From the IMG/VR virus record IMGVR_UViG_3300032246_000346, positions 1,823 through 65,822 of that record: 64,000 nucleotides of DNA. One strand, 5' to 3'. Positions within the stretch are counted from its first letter, which is position 1. Every line of letters starts with the position of its first letter. The notes under the pieces were generated by a model, which worked only from the letters and a program-made list of their open reading frames with translations, was not told the DNA's origin and did no database searches. Of this stretch, positions 1-8,428 are shown piece after piece. A program made the translations under genes and the position numbers. This stretch comes from a virus. Taxonomy: Duplodnaviria > Caudoviricetes.

Positions 1-1
1 A

Positions 2-199
2 CCACCTCGTAATATAAACCCTTACTATTTAGTAATGGCAGAAATGATTATGAAGCAGTCCGTCAAAGACTATTCATATGGTGCAACACACTTCCATGAT
101 GATAGCATTAAGAACCCATGGAAAATGAAACCCATTGTAAAATGGAGTCATATGATTTTTTATAAACAAGAGGAGAGTAGATATGCAAGTAACTATTAA
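2..199 (+). CDS. Cell wall hydrolase SleB/Hydrolase_2-like, C-terminal part (truncated by window edge)
   Basis: Manual frame-2 translation ...KDYSYGATHFHDDSIKNPWKMKPIVKWSHMIFY..., matching the SleB C-terminal pattern GA-x-hFH...P-W...H-x-FY; stop TAA 197-199. Confidence 0.75.
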   Translation, partial: PPRNINPYYLVMAEMIMKQSVKDYSYGATHFHDDSIKNPWKMKPIVKWSHMIFYKQEESRYASNY

Positions 200-425
200 C
201 TTAACAGACGACCAAGTAGATGAGGTATTACTTCATGGATTGAAAGATGGGTTTAGAATAAACCTTGAGTTCAAAGATGAATCTAACTTCTATGAGATTA
301 ATCAAGCGTTCAGAACTTTGCTTGAGTATTACATGGGAGAAAAAGAATTTAATAAATTTATTAAACACTATCAAAAGAAAATTTACGATAGTAAGCGTTT
401 AGTTGAGGCTAATAATGGACTTTGA
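183..425 (+). CDS. Hypothetical phage protein
   Basis: 80-aa ORF with GAGGAG RBS upstream. Confidence 0.65.
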   Translation: MQVTINLTDDQVDEVLLHGLKDGFRINLEFKDESNFYEINQAFRTLLEYYMGEKEFNKFIKHYQKKIYDSKRLVEANNGL

Positions 426-534
426 TAGAGCAATAGAATTAGTAGTTAACATCACGACCATTGTATGTATCATGTGGTTAGCTAAAGGTATGGTTATAGG
501 TGCGATATGGCTACACCATTCACTCATGCAATAG
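415..534 (+). CDS. Small membrane protein (39 aa)
   Basis: Manual translation MDFDRAIELVVNITTIVCIMWLAKGMVIGAIWLHHSLMQ; GAGG upstream; fills the gap in a tightly packed + strand operon. Confidence 0.45.
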   Translation: MDFDRAIELVVNITTIVCIMWLAKGMVIGAIWLHHSLMQ

Positions 535-686
535 TTGACGATATGGGCGACATCATACGCAAGTATAGGTGGAGTGCCAAAGAGGCTAAGTGGCATAAAG
601 AACAAGGGAGTAATGTCATTAAGCTAGAGGTAGTTAAAGAAGTTAAAGAAGATGTATTTGAATTAGTTGGGGAGTGTTTGTTTTAA
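507..686 (+). CDS. Hypothetical protein (59 aa)
   Basis: Manual translation MATPFTHAIVDDMGDIIRKYRW...GECLF; AGGT RBS; stop overlaps the next ATG (TAATG). Confidence 0.55.
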   Translation: MATPFTHAIVDDMGDIIRKYRWSAKEAKWHKEQGSNVIKLEVVKEVKEDVFELVGECLF

Positions 687-874
687 TGTATTCCAAGTTA
701 GATGATAATAAGTTAGCCCACAAAGTTAACGAATTGCTACGGAGTAATCCGTCTATCACACAGAAAGATGTGTGTAGTAAATTGATTACTAATTGGCATA
801 GACTTAAATACTTAGAACAACAAGGACTCATTAAACTTAACAGGAGGTTTGCAGATGTCGCAAAAAGTATTTAA
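686..874 (+). CDS. Small winged-HTH-like DNA-binding protein
   Basis: LRSNPSITQKDVCSKL...LKYLEQQGLI resembles a winged HTH; start at the ATG coupled to the previous stop. Confidence 0.5.
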   Translation: MYSKLDDNKLAHKVNELLRSNPSITQKDVCSKLITNWHRLKYLEQQGLIKLNRRFADVAKSI

Positions 875-1091
875 TGCGTTTGCAGATAGCGCAAATTTAT
901 TATGCGTTAAATGTGGTAGTGATGTAGATATAAAGAGATGGACTCTTGGCTATCATGTATGTCTTGAGTGTGGCGAGGCAGAGGCTCGGTCATACAAGCA
1001 TACGATTGTGCCAATGCCGAAGTCAAATTATATTGTCGTGACGGATTTAGAATTGTTGAAAGGTCTAAATTCATCGCACAAAAGTAAATAA
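855..1091 (+). CDS. C4 zinc-finger protein (DksA/TraR-like finger)
   Basis: CVKCG-x16-CLEC; GGAGG RBS. Confidence 0.55.
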   Translation: MSQKVFNAFADSANLLCVKCGSDVDIKRWTLGYHVCLECGEAEARSYKHTIVPMPKSNYIVVTDLELLKGLNSSHKSK

Positions 1092-1108
1092 TTTTTTTGC
1101 ACAATAAC

Positions 1109-1137
1109 TTGACATTGTCAATTCGTTATGCTATACT
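1109..1137 (+). promoter_or_regulatory. Sigma70 promoter
   Basis: TTGACA (1109-1114), 17 nt spacer, TATACT (1132-1137) with extended TG. Confidence 0.85.
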
Positions 1138-1176
1138 ATTATTTCAGTAGTAGAAGTTATGTAGTTTTTATCAACC

Positions 1177-1204
1177 GACAAACTTACCACTTGGTAAGAA
1201 TGTC
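1177..1204. repeat. 28-bp palindromic early-region motif, copy 1
   Basis: GACAAACTTAC CACTTG GTAAGAATGTC. Confidence 0.9.
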
Positions 1205-1226
1205 TTTTTAACTGAGGAGAAACATC

Positions 1227-1655
1227 GTGAAAGAAATATTTGCAAACGAACAAGAAAAGGCAACATTACTGACGCAGTTAAATCTGCTAGGTGCAAAGAG
1301 AGTGGTAGTAGAGTTTCAAGGTGGTGGTGATGATGGACAAGTTGATGGTGTTTATCTATACGACCAAAATGATGATGATATTGATGTGCCTAACGATATG
1401 ATTGCATGGACAACCCAAACATATGGTGGACAAGAGGCAGAGTCAAAACAAACCAAGTTAGTAGATGCCCTAGAGGACTTATGCAGTCGTGCATTAGATA
1501 ACACAGGGCTTGATTGGTATAACAATGACGGAGGTCAAGGTAATCTAACGATTGACTTTAAAGAAAATCCACCAAGCATTAAGTTAAATGTGGGTATCAA
1601 TCATAGAACCACAGAAGACTATGAATATGATTTGAATGATGAGGAGGACGAATAA
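1227..1655 (+). CDS. DUF6878-like acidic protein
   Basis: VVVEFQGGGDDGQVD...DWYNNDGGQG pattern; GAGGAG RBS, GTG start. Confidence 0.65.
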   Translation: MKEIFANEQEKATLLTQLNLLGAKRVVVEFQGGGDDGQVDGVYLYDQNDDDIDVPNDMIAWTTQTYGGQEAESKQTKLVDALEDLCSRALDNTGLDWYNNDGGQGNLTIDFKENPPSIKLNVGINHRTTEDYEYDLNDEEDE

Positions 1656-1996
1656 TGAATACTCATTACCATTCTAAAACATCTGTAAAGAAGTGGGGAG
1701 GTGTTGAAGCTGACTATCAACCTATCCACGATTGGTTTGATGCAACCAAAGAATGTTTTGCTGATGCAAGACACAGGGCAATTCGTCATCACTCACAAGG
1801 TATCTTTGAATGTGAAAGACAATTTGGATTATTTATTGTGAATAGTGATGGCAGAGAAGTTCCTGTAAGACTTATAGGTGAACAACATGTTAAAGAGGAT
1901 TGTGGTGGGTGGATACCTAGCCTACAAGATTGGCTTGAAAACATGAAGTTTGTTAGTTGGATGAACAGAGGTTATGACTTGAAAGAGGGAGAATAA
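1655..1996 (+). CDS. DUF6915-like His-rich protein
   Basis: HYHSKTSVKKWGG..DY..IHDWFD..K...D.RHRAIRHH...EQHVKEDCG pattern. Confidence 0.7.
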   Translation: MNTHYHSKTSVKKWGGVEADYQPIHDWFDATKECFADARHRAIRHHSQGIFECERQFGLFIVNSDGREVPVRLIGEQHVKEDCGGWIPSLQDWLENMKFVSWMNRGYDLKEGE

Positions 1997-1998
1997 AA

Positions 1999-2868
1999 AT
2001 GGGATTTCATATCAATGTTTATAATATGCGCCGTATAGGTAATTATACTGAGGCGCAAGAGTATTTTAAAAATACTAAAGCAGTTCGTGGAGAGAACCAA
2101 TCAGTTCGTAGATTAGGTGATAGATACGAGAAAGAGAAATGGTTAAGACAAGAAATACAAGATGGTGTTGAAGTATATGTTGCAGGATATTATGACACCG
2201 ACTTGGTTAGATATTATCCAACACACAAAGAGATAACGCTAGGTGGTTACCCATCTATAAGCACAGAATACTTTGTTGGTTATATGGGTAATGTGACAAT
2301 GTATTCATTTGAACATAAGAAGTATGTTCCTACACCATTCACAAGACACCCTATGGTTAAGAACAATCAGATTGAATGTTACATATGGTTAGAAGGACAA
2401 CCAAGACATATGAATTCACGCGATTGGTATGCTATTGGTTATGATAACAAACCTTTATATCCCGAGCAGTTTGAAGAGCCTGTTAAGTATAAGTTTGATG
2501 CTAGTCAAATGCGTGAATTGCGTAAGCCTTACAAAACATTTTTAAAATACGCAGACACTATGTTAAAACTAACTAACAATGAAGGTGTAGAAAATGATGA
2601 TAAGTTAAATCAAGAGACACTACCATATACTCAATACAAAGAGTATGAAGGTGTGCTTAACTTACTATCTGATGAAAGTAAAACCTATCAAGCATACTAC
2701 TATGCAATAAAACGAACACAGCATAGACATTGGGTCTCAGGTGGTGGACATAAGTATCATGTCAACATAGGTATGGTTAAGAGATGGCTAGACAAAATGA
2801 TTAAGTTAGAAAATCCACAAGTTTTAGTAGAAGTAATTAAACCAACCGACAAACTTACCAATCAGTAG
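1999..2868 (+). CDS. Hypothetical phage protein
   Basis: 289-aa ORF with GGAG RBS. Confidence 0.75.
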   Translation: MGFHINVYNMRRIGNYTEAQEYFKNTKAVRGENQSVRRLGDRYEKEKWLRQEIQDGVEVYVAGYYDTDLVRYYPTHKEITLGGYPSISTEYFVGYMGNVTMYSFEHKKYVPTPFTRHPMVKNNQIECYIWLEGQPRHMNSRDWYAIGYDNKPLYPEQFEEPVKYKFDASQMRELRKPYKTFLKYADTMLKLTNNEGVENDDKLNQETLPYTQYKEYEGVLNLLSDESKTYQAYYYAIKRTQHRHWVSGGGHKYHVNIGMVKRWLDKMIKLENPQVLVEVIKPTDKLTNQ

Positions 2869-2875
2869 GAATGTC
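2848..2875. repeat. 28-bp palindromic motif, copy 2
   Basis: GACAAACTTAC CAATCA GTAGGAATGTC, followed by TTTTTTAAGGAGAGAG. Confidence 0.9.
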
Positions 2876-2895
2876 TTTTTTAAGGAGAGAGTAAA

Positions 2896-3942
2896 ATGCA
2901 ACAAGAAATTAGTTTGAAACAAGCAGAAGAGTTAATTGCAACAATAGGTCGTGATGTAACAGTTCATATGCGTGGACAACCTGGAATTGGTAAGTCATCT
3001 ATCCTCAAGTCTTTGAGTGCAAGATTTCCTACCCACATACCTGTGTATATTGACTGCGCAGACTTAGATTTAGGTGACTTAGCTATGCCTGCCATGAACC
3101 ATGAAACAAAGACCACAACATTCTATCCGAATGAAAGGTTTGCAATACATGATGATAAGCCTGTCATCATTATGCTTGACGAGATTACGAAAGCTAGTGA
3201 GCCTGTCAAGAATATGTTATTGCCTGTCATGTTAGAGAGACGACTAGGTGCAGTTAAGTTTCACCCAGACTCTATCGTCTATTCAACAGGCAACCTAACA
3301 ACAGATGGTGTCGGCGATACAATGAAAGCCCATGCCAAGAATAGATTGACTTCCGTTACCATACGCAATCCTAATGATGACGAGTGGATTAATTGGGGTG
3401 TAGACAACGGCATAGCGCCAGAGGTATTGGCTTGGGTTAAACAATTCCCCCATGCACTAGCGTGTTATACAGATGACTCACAGAAAGAAAATATGTATAT
3501 CTACAATCCTCGTAAGCAACAAGATGCGTTTGTATCACCTCGTTCGTTAGAGAAGGCATCACATATCGTTAAGAATAGACACACACTTGGTGAGGATACT
3601 ACTATGGTCGCACTCACAGGCACGATTGGTGAGTCAGCCTCGCGTGATATGTCTGCATACTTCAGTCTAGCTGATGGCTTACCAACTAAGGAGAGTATCT
3701 ATAACAAACCTAATGAAGCCAATGTCCCTAGCGACCCGTCAGCAAGAGTTATCTTAGTAATGCGAGAACTCATGACAATCACAGAGCAACATATGGACGC
3801 GTGGTTAACATACTTACAACGACTACCTATGGAAATCCAAGCGTTGTTTGCAGTTAACATCATGGCATCATCACGCAAACAGGTAGCCGCGACCAATAAA
3901 ACATTCATTGATTGGGCAGTTAAGAATAACCAATACTTCTAG
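2896..3942 (+). CDS. MoxR-type AAA+ ATPase
   Basis: Walker A GQPGIGKS, Walker B IIMLDE, sensor STGN, SPRS motif. Confidence 0.9.
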   Translation: MQQEISLKQAEELIATIGRDVTVHMRGQPGIGKSSILKSLSARFPTHIPVYIDCADLDLGDLAMPAMNHETKTTTFYPNERFAIHDDKPVIIMLDEITKASEPVKNMLLPVMLERRLGAVKFHPDSIVYSTGNLTTDGVGDTMKAHAKNRLTSVTIRNPNDDEWINWGVDNGIAPEVLAWVKQFPHALACYTDDSQKENMYIYNPRKQQDAFVSPRSLEKASHIVKNRHTLGEDTTMVALTGTIGESASRDMSAYFSLADGLPTKESIYNKPNEANVPSDPSARVILVMRELMTITEQHMDAWLTYLQRLPMEIQALFAVNIMASSRKQVAATNKTFIDWAVKNNQYF

Positions 3943-3950
3943 GAGGGTAT

Positions 3951-5102
3951 ATGGCACTAACAAGTGAACAAAGAGTCACGAAGTCCCACATAGCGATAAT
4001 GCGTAGCAAAGAATTCTGTATGTTTGCAGGCGTGTTATCGGTGGGCAAGGTAATGTTTTCAGATGAGATACCTACGGCATGCACCAATGGTCGTGATGTT
4101 ATCTACAATACTGACTTCATTAAAACATTAGACGATAGAGAATTAAACTTTGTCGTCTTACATGAAGCGTTGCATAAAGTCTATCAGCATATGCACCTAT
4201 GGAAAAAGCTATGGAAAGAAAATCCTATGCTTGCGAACATGGCGGCTGACTATGTTGTTAACTATGCAATACATGAAGCTGATGAACATAATAATATTAC
4301 CAAACGACCAGACTCAGCATTGTTTGACTTAGCATACAAAGGTATGACTACAAAACAAATCTTTGATATGCTCAAGAAGGATAGTGATTATGTCAAACAA
4401 CAAGGTGGTCATGACTCACATGATTGGGAAGGCGCTGAACAATTATCTGATGAGGAAGTTAAAGAGACTGCCAAGCAGATAGACCAAGCGTTGCGACAAG
4501 GTGAGATTATTCGTGGCAAGATGAATGGTAATAAGAATAGAAGTGTTACCGAGATACTTGAACCTAAGGTAGATTGGCGCGAGCAGTTGCGTGAGTTTGT
4601 TAATTCGACTTGTTGTAACAAAGATAAGACTACATGGAAACGACCACACAAGCGTTTCTTAGGTCAAGACATCTACATGCCTAGCATGATAGGTGAGTCA
4701 ATAGGCAAAGTTGTTGTCGGTATAGATACATCGGGGTCTATTGGAGATAGAGAGTTATCGGAGTTTTTAACCGAAGTTGTAGCTATATGTGATGAGGTAT
4801 CCCCATCTAGTATAGAGTTGTTGTATTGGGATACTCATGTTGCAGGACATGAGACATACAATCAAGGTGATTACAAAGCCTTAGTTCAGTCAACCAAACC
4901 TGCAGGGGGTGGTGGCACTCATGTTGGGTGTGTTAATCAGTATATCAAAGATAAACGCATTGAACCCGAAGCTATCATCATATTAACAGATGGTTATGTG
5001 GAAAATGATTTTGGTGGTAGTTGGGATTACCCTACACTATGGGCTATCACAACCAAACATATCACATCACCACATGGTAAGACTATACATATTGTAGATT
5101 AA
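3951..5102 (+). CDS. DUF2201-type metallopeptidase + vWA domain protein
   Basis: HEALH zinc motif, N-x-AADY, MIDAS DTSGS, GGGT, ILTDG. Confidence 0.9.
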   Translation: MALTSEQRVTKSHIAIMRSKEFCMFAGVLSVGKVMFSDEIPTACTNGRDVIYNTDFIKTLDDRELNFVVLHEALHKVYQHMHLWKKLWKENPMLANMAADYVVNYAIHEADEHNNITKRPDSALFDLAYKGMTTKQIFDMLKKDSDYVKQQGGHDSHDWEGAEQLSDEEVKETAKQIDQALRQGEIIRGKMNGNKNRSVTEILEPKVDWREQLREFVNSTCCNKDKTTWKRPHKRFLGQDIYMPSMIGESIGKVVVGIDTSGSIGDRELSEFLTEVVAICDEVSPSSIELLYWDTHVAGHETYNQGDYKALVQSTKPAGGGGTHVGCVNQYIKDKRIEPEAIIILTDGYVENDFGGSWDYPTLWAITTKHITSPHGKTIHIVD

Positions 5103-5108
5103 TAACCC

Positions 5109-5136
5109 GACATTCCTACCATTCGGTAGGATTGTC
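5109..5136. repeat. 28-bp palindromic motif, copy 3
   Basis: GACATTCCTAC CATTCG GTAGGATTGTC. Confidence 0.9.
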
Positions 5137-5157
5137 TTAACTTTGAGGATAAATAAA

Positions 5158-5688
5158 ATGGCAACATATATTAGAAATGAAATAGCACAGTATTCAGATA
5201 TAACAATGAAGATAAATTTTAATAAGTTTAGCGATAGACAGATTAAAAACATTCTTAAGCAAATGAGAAATGGGGCAATATCTTATGGGCATTCGGCTAC
5301 AACAACTGTAGCGAAATGGTTGCTTGGAAAATACCCTATGCCTCACTTTAGATACGATAGTTATTATATCAAATGGGTAAATTTGCCCAACGGTCATCCT
5401 TTCTTTTCTAAACTTAAAGAAGCAGCGGCGTTAACAAAATTAAAGTCTGATTTATCTAAATGGGAAGTAGATAATTTAGATTTAGCAATTAAATCAGCTG
5501 ATGAAAGCAGAACAACAGATGAGGTAAGAATATATAACTTTGATAAACATAATATTAAGACGCTTAAAAAACACATAAAAATAGATGTTGTAATAGATGG
5601 TGAACTCAAAGACTTTTTAGATAAGCTGGAAAGACGAGAGATAGGCGCAATAGATGTAGACTTTAAAGATTTTGCAGACAGGTATTAA
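5158..5688 (+). CDS. Hypothetical protein
   Basis: ORF 5143..5688; start moved to the ATG after GAGG RBS. Confidence 0.65.
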   Translation: MATYIRNEIAQYSDITMKINFNKFSDRQIKNILKQMRNGAISYGHSATTTVAKWLLGKYPMPHFRYDSYYIKWVNLPNGHPFFSKLKEAAALTKLKSDLSKWEVDNLDLAIKSADESRTTDEVRIYNFDKHNIKTLKKHIKIDVVIDGELKDFLDKLERREIGAIDVDFKDFADRY

Positions 5689-5705
5689 ACTAAAGGAGAA
5701 ATAAC

Positions 5706-5960
5706 ATGGCTAAACCTAAAAGCGTAACAATATTATCTTGTAAATTTAGCACGGTTATATCAGTCCGTGACCACAATAATGAAGAGTATCGCATGGATTA
5801 TGGGGCTTTTCACGATGTATTGATGGAATTGGTAGATACCGATTGGTTTAAAGATAAGAAAGTGAAATGGAAATACAAGCGTTTGAATTATGAGGAGACA
5901 TACAAGCACTTATTGTATCACCCTGCAATACATAAGCTTATTAACATAAAGGAGAACTAA
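5706..5960 (+). CDS. Hypothetical protein
   Basis: 84 aa, AAGGAG RBS. Confidence 0.65.
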   Translation: MAKPKSVTILSCKFSTVISVRDHNNEEYRMDYGAFHDVLMELVDTDWFKDKKVKWKYKRLNYEETYKHLLYHPAIHKLINIKEN

Positions 5961-5961
5961 A

Positions 5962-6144
5962 ATGAGTATGAAAACATATGTAATTAGAGCATCAGTAACA
6001 ACAGGTATAGAAGTAGAAGTAGAAGCTACAAACGAAGCAGAAGCTTTGAAGAAAGCTAACAGAATTAGCATCAACGATTGGGTCTCAGTCGAAGATGAAG
6101 GTTTTGAAATACAATCAATCGAGGAGGTAACACAAGATGAGTAA
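5962..6144 (+). CDS. Small acidic protein (VEVEA-x-N-x-x-EA motif common in phages)
   Basis: 60 aa, AAGGAG RBS. Confidence 0.6.
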   Translation: MSMKTYVIRASVTTGIEVEVEATNEAEALKKANRISINDWVSVEDEGFEIQSIEEVTQDE

Positions 6145-6982
6145 TATTAGTATAGCAAGCAGTGCAGTATTAATTGATTTAAACATATCAGTATGGACGG
6201 CTAGGAAACTAGATAAGAATGTGTCCAAAGAAATTGATATAAACAAAAACACAACCATCAAGGCAGGTAACTATAACAAACATATCCTTGCAGGTTCAAA
6301 TCAACTCGAGACAATCACCAAGTTAGCAGGTGAAATCCGTGATTGGCATGGGAGACAAACTCTGCCTTGGTCTGACACAGGCACAAGATTGTTACCTATG
6401 ACTAACTTTTTTGATTACAAACATCAGCTAGGTATTTATGAAGCCGAGTTTCAATCTCGTATAAATACATTTATACAAGAATATCCTAATATCATTTTAG
6501 GTATGGCATTTAAACTAGGTAAATTGTTTGATAGGTCTGAGTATCCCGAAGCAGATAAGATATCATCTAAGTTTAATTTAAGATATACTATTATGCCTGT
6601 GCCTGAAACAAATGATTTTCGTGTTAACATAGCTGATGATATTAGGGAAGAGATGCAACAAGAATATCAGAAAGCATACGAGAGTCGTGTTGAAGTAGCA
6701 ATGTCTGACGCATGGTCTAGATTGCATACAACACTAGAACATATGGTAGATAGACTTAGTGGTGAGGATAAAAAGATATTTAGAAATAGTTTAGTTGATA
6801 ACGCATTAGAGTTGACAAACTTATTAACTAAGCTTAATGTAACAAAAGACCCTAAGTTAGAACAAGCAAGACAAGCATTAGAGAAATCTTTAGTAGGAGT
6901 ATCAGCAGATGACTTACGAGAAAGCCAAGGCACAAGAAGTATGGTATTATCTAAGGTCAATGCAATTATGGAGACAATATGA
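6137..6982 (+). CDS. DUF3150-like protein
   Basis: LIDLNISVWTARKLD...TLPWSDTG.RLLP...LNVTKDP.L pattern; GGAGG RBS. Confidence 0.65.
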   Translation: MSNISIASSAVLIDLNISVWTARKLDKNVSKEIDINKNTTIKAGNYNKHILAGSNQLETITKLAGEIRDWHGRQTLPWSDTGTRLLPMTNFFDYKHQLGIYEAEFQSRINTFIQEYPNIILGMAFKLGKLFDRSEYPEADKISSKFNLRYTIMPVPETNDFRVNIADDIREEMQQEYQKAYESRVEVAMSDAWSRLHTTLEHMVDRLSGEDKKIFRNSLVDNALELTNLLTKLNVTKDPKLEQARQALEKSLVGVSADDLRESQGTRSMVLSKVNAIMETI

Positions 6983-7290
6983 AAATATACCACGCAATAG
7001 ATGAGAACTCACCTGACATACCTGATAAGGACAAAGAAAAGATTGCCGTCCTTAAACTTGTAGATGTGGGTAAGTATATCAAGAATGTAGGTATTAGAGA
7101 TGGACAGTTTTATGTTTTAGCTGATGATGCAACAGATGAAGTTTATCTAGAGTATAAAGAGGCTATGAATAATATAAACAATGCTATGTTGGAACGCATA
7201 GACTTTAGAGTGATAGCACAGAAAGGTTTGGAGTATAACACCAAGAAAGCTAACGCTATGAAAAGATATATGGAGATGCCAAGTGGCTGA
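6979..7290 (+). CDS. Hypothetical protein
   Basis: 103 aa, ATGA overlap. Confidence 0.65.
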   Translation: MKIYHAIDENSPDIPDKDKEKIAVLKLVDVGKYIKNVGIRDGQFYVLADDATDEVYLEYKEAMNNINNAMLERIDFRVIAQKGLEYNTKKANAMKRYMEMPSG

Positions 7291-7579
7291 GAAAAAAGTT
7301 ACAGAGAAATGGGTTAAGCAACAAGTAGTTAAACTTCTTAAAGAAAAAGGTGTATACTATTTCTTTCCTGTAGCAAGTGGTTATATGAGTATTGGTGTGC
7401 CCGATATTGTAGCGTGTATCAATGGGTTATTTGTAGCAATAGAATGTAAGACAGGTAAAAATCGCCCTACTGAATTGCAATATAGAAACCTAGAAAATAT
7501 ACGAGACCATGGCGGGCTTGCCATGCTTGTAAATGAAAATGATTTAGATGCATTAAAAAACAGATTGGAAACTTTATGA
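7283..7579 (+). CDS. VRR-NUC (PD-(D/E)XK) nuclease / resolvase-like
   Basis: EK.V...GVPDI...G.FVAIECK....PTELQ. Confidence 0.85.
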   Translation: MAEKKVTEKWVKQQVVKLLKEKGVYYFFPVASGYMSIGVPDIVACINGLFVAIECKTGKNRPTELQYRNLENIRDHGGLAMLVNENDLDALKNRLETL

Positions 7580-7851
7580 GAATGTTAAAAAAGATATTAA
7601 GTAAATATAAGAAGTTTGTAGATGTGGTCAATCACCCTCCTCACTATACACATGGTGGGATAGAGACTATAGACTACATGGAGGCTAAGTCTACACCCGA
7701 AGAGTTTACAGGGCATCTACGACTGACGGCTCTAAAGTATTTATCTAGGTCTGGATATAAAGATAATGCCCTACAAGATTTAAAGAAAGCACAATGGTAT
7801 ATTAATAAGTTAGTTAAATATAGTGAAAAAAAGATTGTGAATTCTAAATAA
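7576..7851 (+). CDS. DUF3310 family protein (T7 gp1.7-like nucleotide kinase)
   Basis: VNHPPHY..GGIETID...KY..R.G.K...QDLKKAQWY. Confidence 0.85.
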   Translation: MRMLKKILSKYKKFVDVVNHPPHYTHGGIETIDYMEAKSTPEEFTGHLRLTALKYLSRSGYKDNALQDLKKAQWYINKLVKYSEKKIVNSK

Positions 7852-8000
7852 TGTGGATAATTAAGCTTGCACTAATCTCTGGAGTTATGGTAGGATTAGA
7901 ATTAAAGTTTCTAGAGGAAGAAGAATACTATGATTTTTCTCTAGTAATTGACCTATTTATAATTAGATTAGTGGTGCAAAAGCTGAAAAATGTCAGATGA
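7851..8000 (+). CDS. Small hypothetical protein (49 aa)
   Basis: Manual translation MWIIKLALISGVMVGLEL...LVIDLFIIRLVVQKLKNVR; TAATG coupling. Confidence 0.5.
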   Translation: MWIIKLALISGVMVGLELKFLEEEEYYDFSLVIDLFIIRLVVQKLKNVR

Positions 8001-8187
8001 TGCAGATAAAACGCAGGATAGAATAGAACTTGAAGATGCCATTCGCCGTAAGGAAATGGGTAATATAAAGTATCTTGAAGGGACAGGCAACTGCTTAAAT
8101 TGTGGTGAGAAGTTAAATGACTCAAGACGTTGGTGTGATAAAGATTGCGCTGATGATTGGGATTACCACGTCAATAAACGTAAGTAA
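7990..8187 (+). CDS. DksA/TraR-related C4 zinc-finger protein
   Basis: MSDDAD..Q...E N-terminus and CLNCGE...WCDKDC. Confidence 0.65.
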   Translation: MSDDADKTQDRIELEDAIRRKEMGNIKYLEGTGNCLNCGEKLNDSRRWCDKDCADDWDYHVNKRK

Positions 8188-8188
8188 C

Positions 8189-8216
8189 GACATTCCTACC
8201 AATTGGTAGGATTGTC
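8189..8216. repeat. 28-bp palindromic motif, copy 4
   Basis: GACATTCCTAC CAATTG GTAGGATTGTC, followed by TTTTTTAAGGAGAGAG. Confidence 0.9.
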
Positions 8217-8233
8217 TTTTTTAAGGAGAGAGC

Positions 8234-8428
8234 ATGGCAACAACATCAATTAAACCGACTATTCGGGAAACATCTGCTACGACATTCGATCGTGGCGAAA
8301 GAAATTTAATCGTAACCATACATCATGGTGTAATTAAAATCAGACCTAAAGGATTAAAGTCAGAAGAAGTTATTGACATCGCGGCTATCTATGAGCAAGC
8401 AGTCAAGGCTCGTGTTAGGGGCAAGTAA
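8234..8428 (+). CDS. Hypothetical protein
   Basis: 64 aa, AAGGAG RBS, coupled to the polymerase gene. Confidence 0.65.
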   Translation: MATTSIKPTIRETSATTFDRGERNLIVTIHHGVIKIRPKGLKSEEVIDIAAIYEQAVKARVRGK

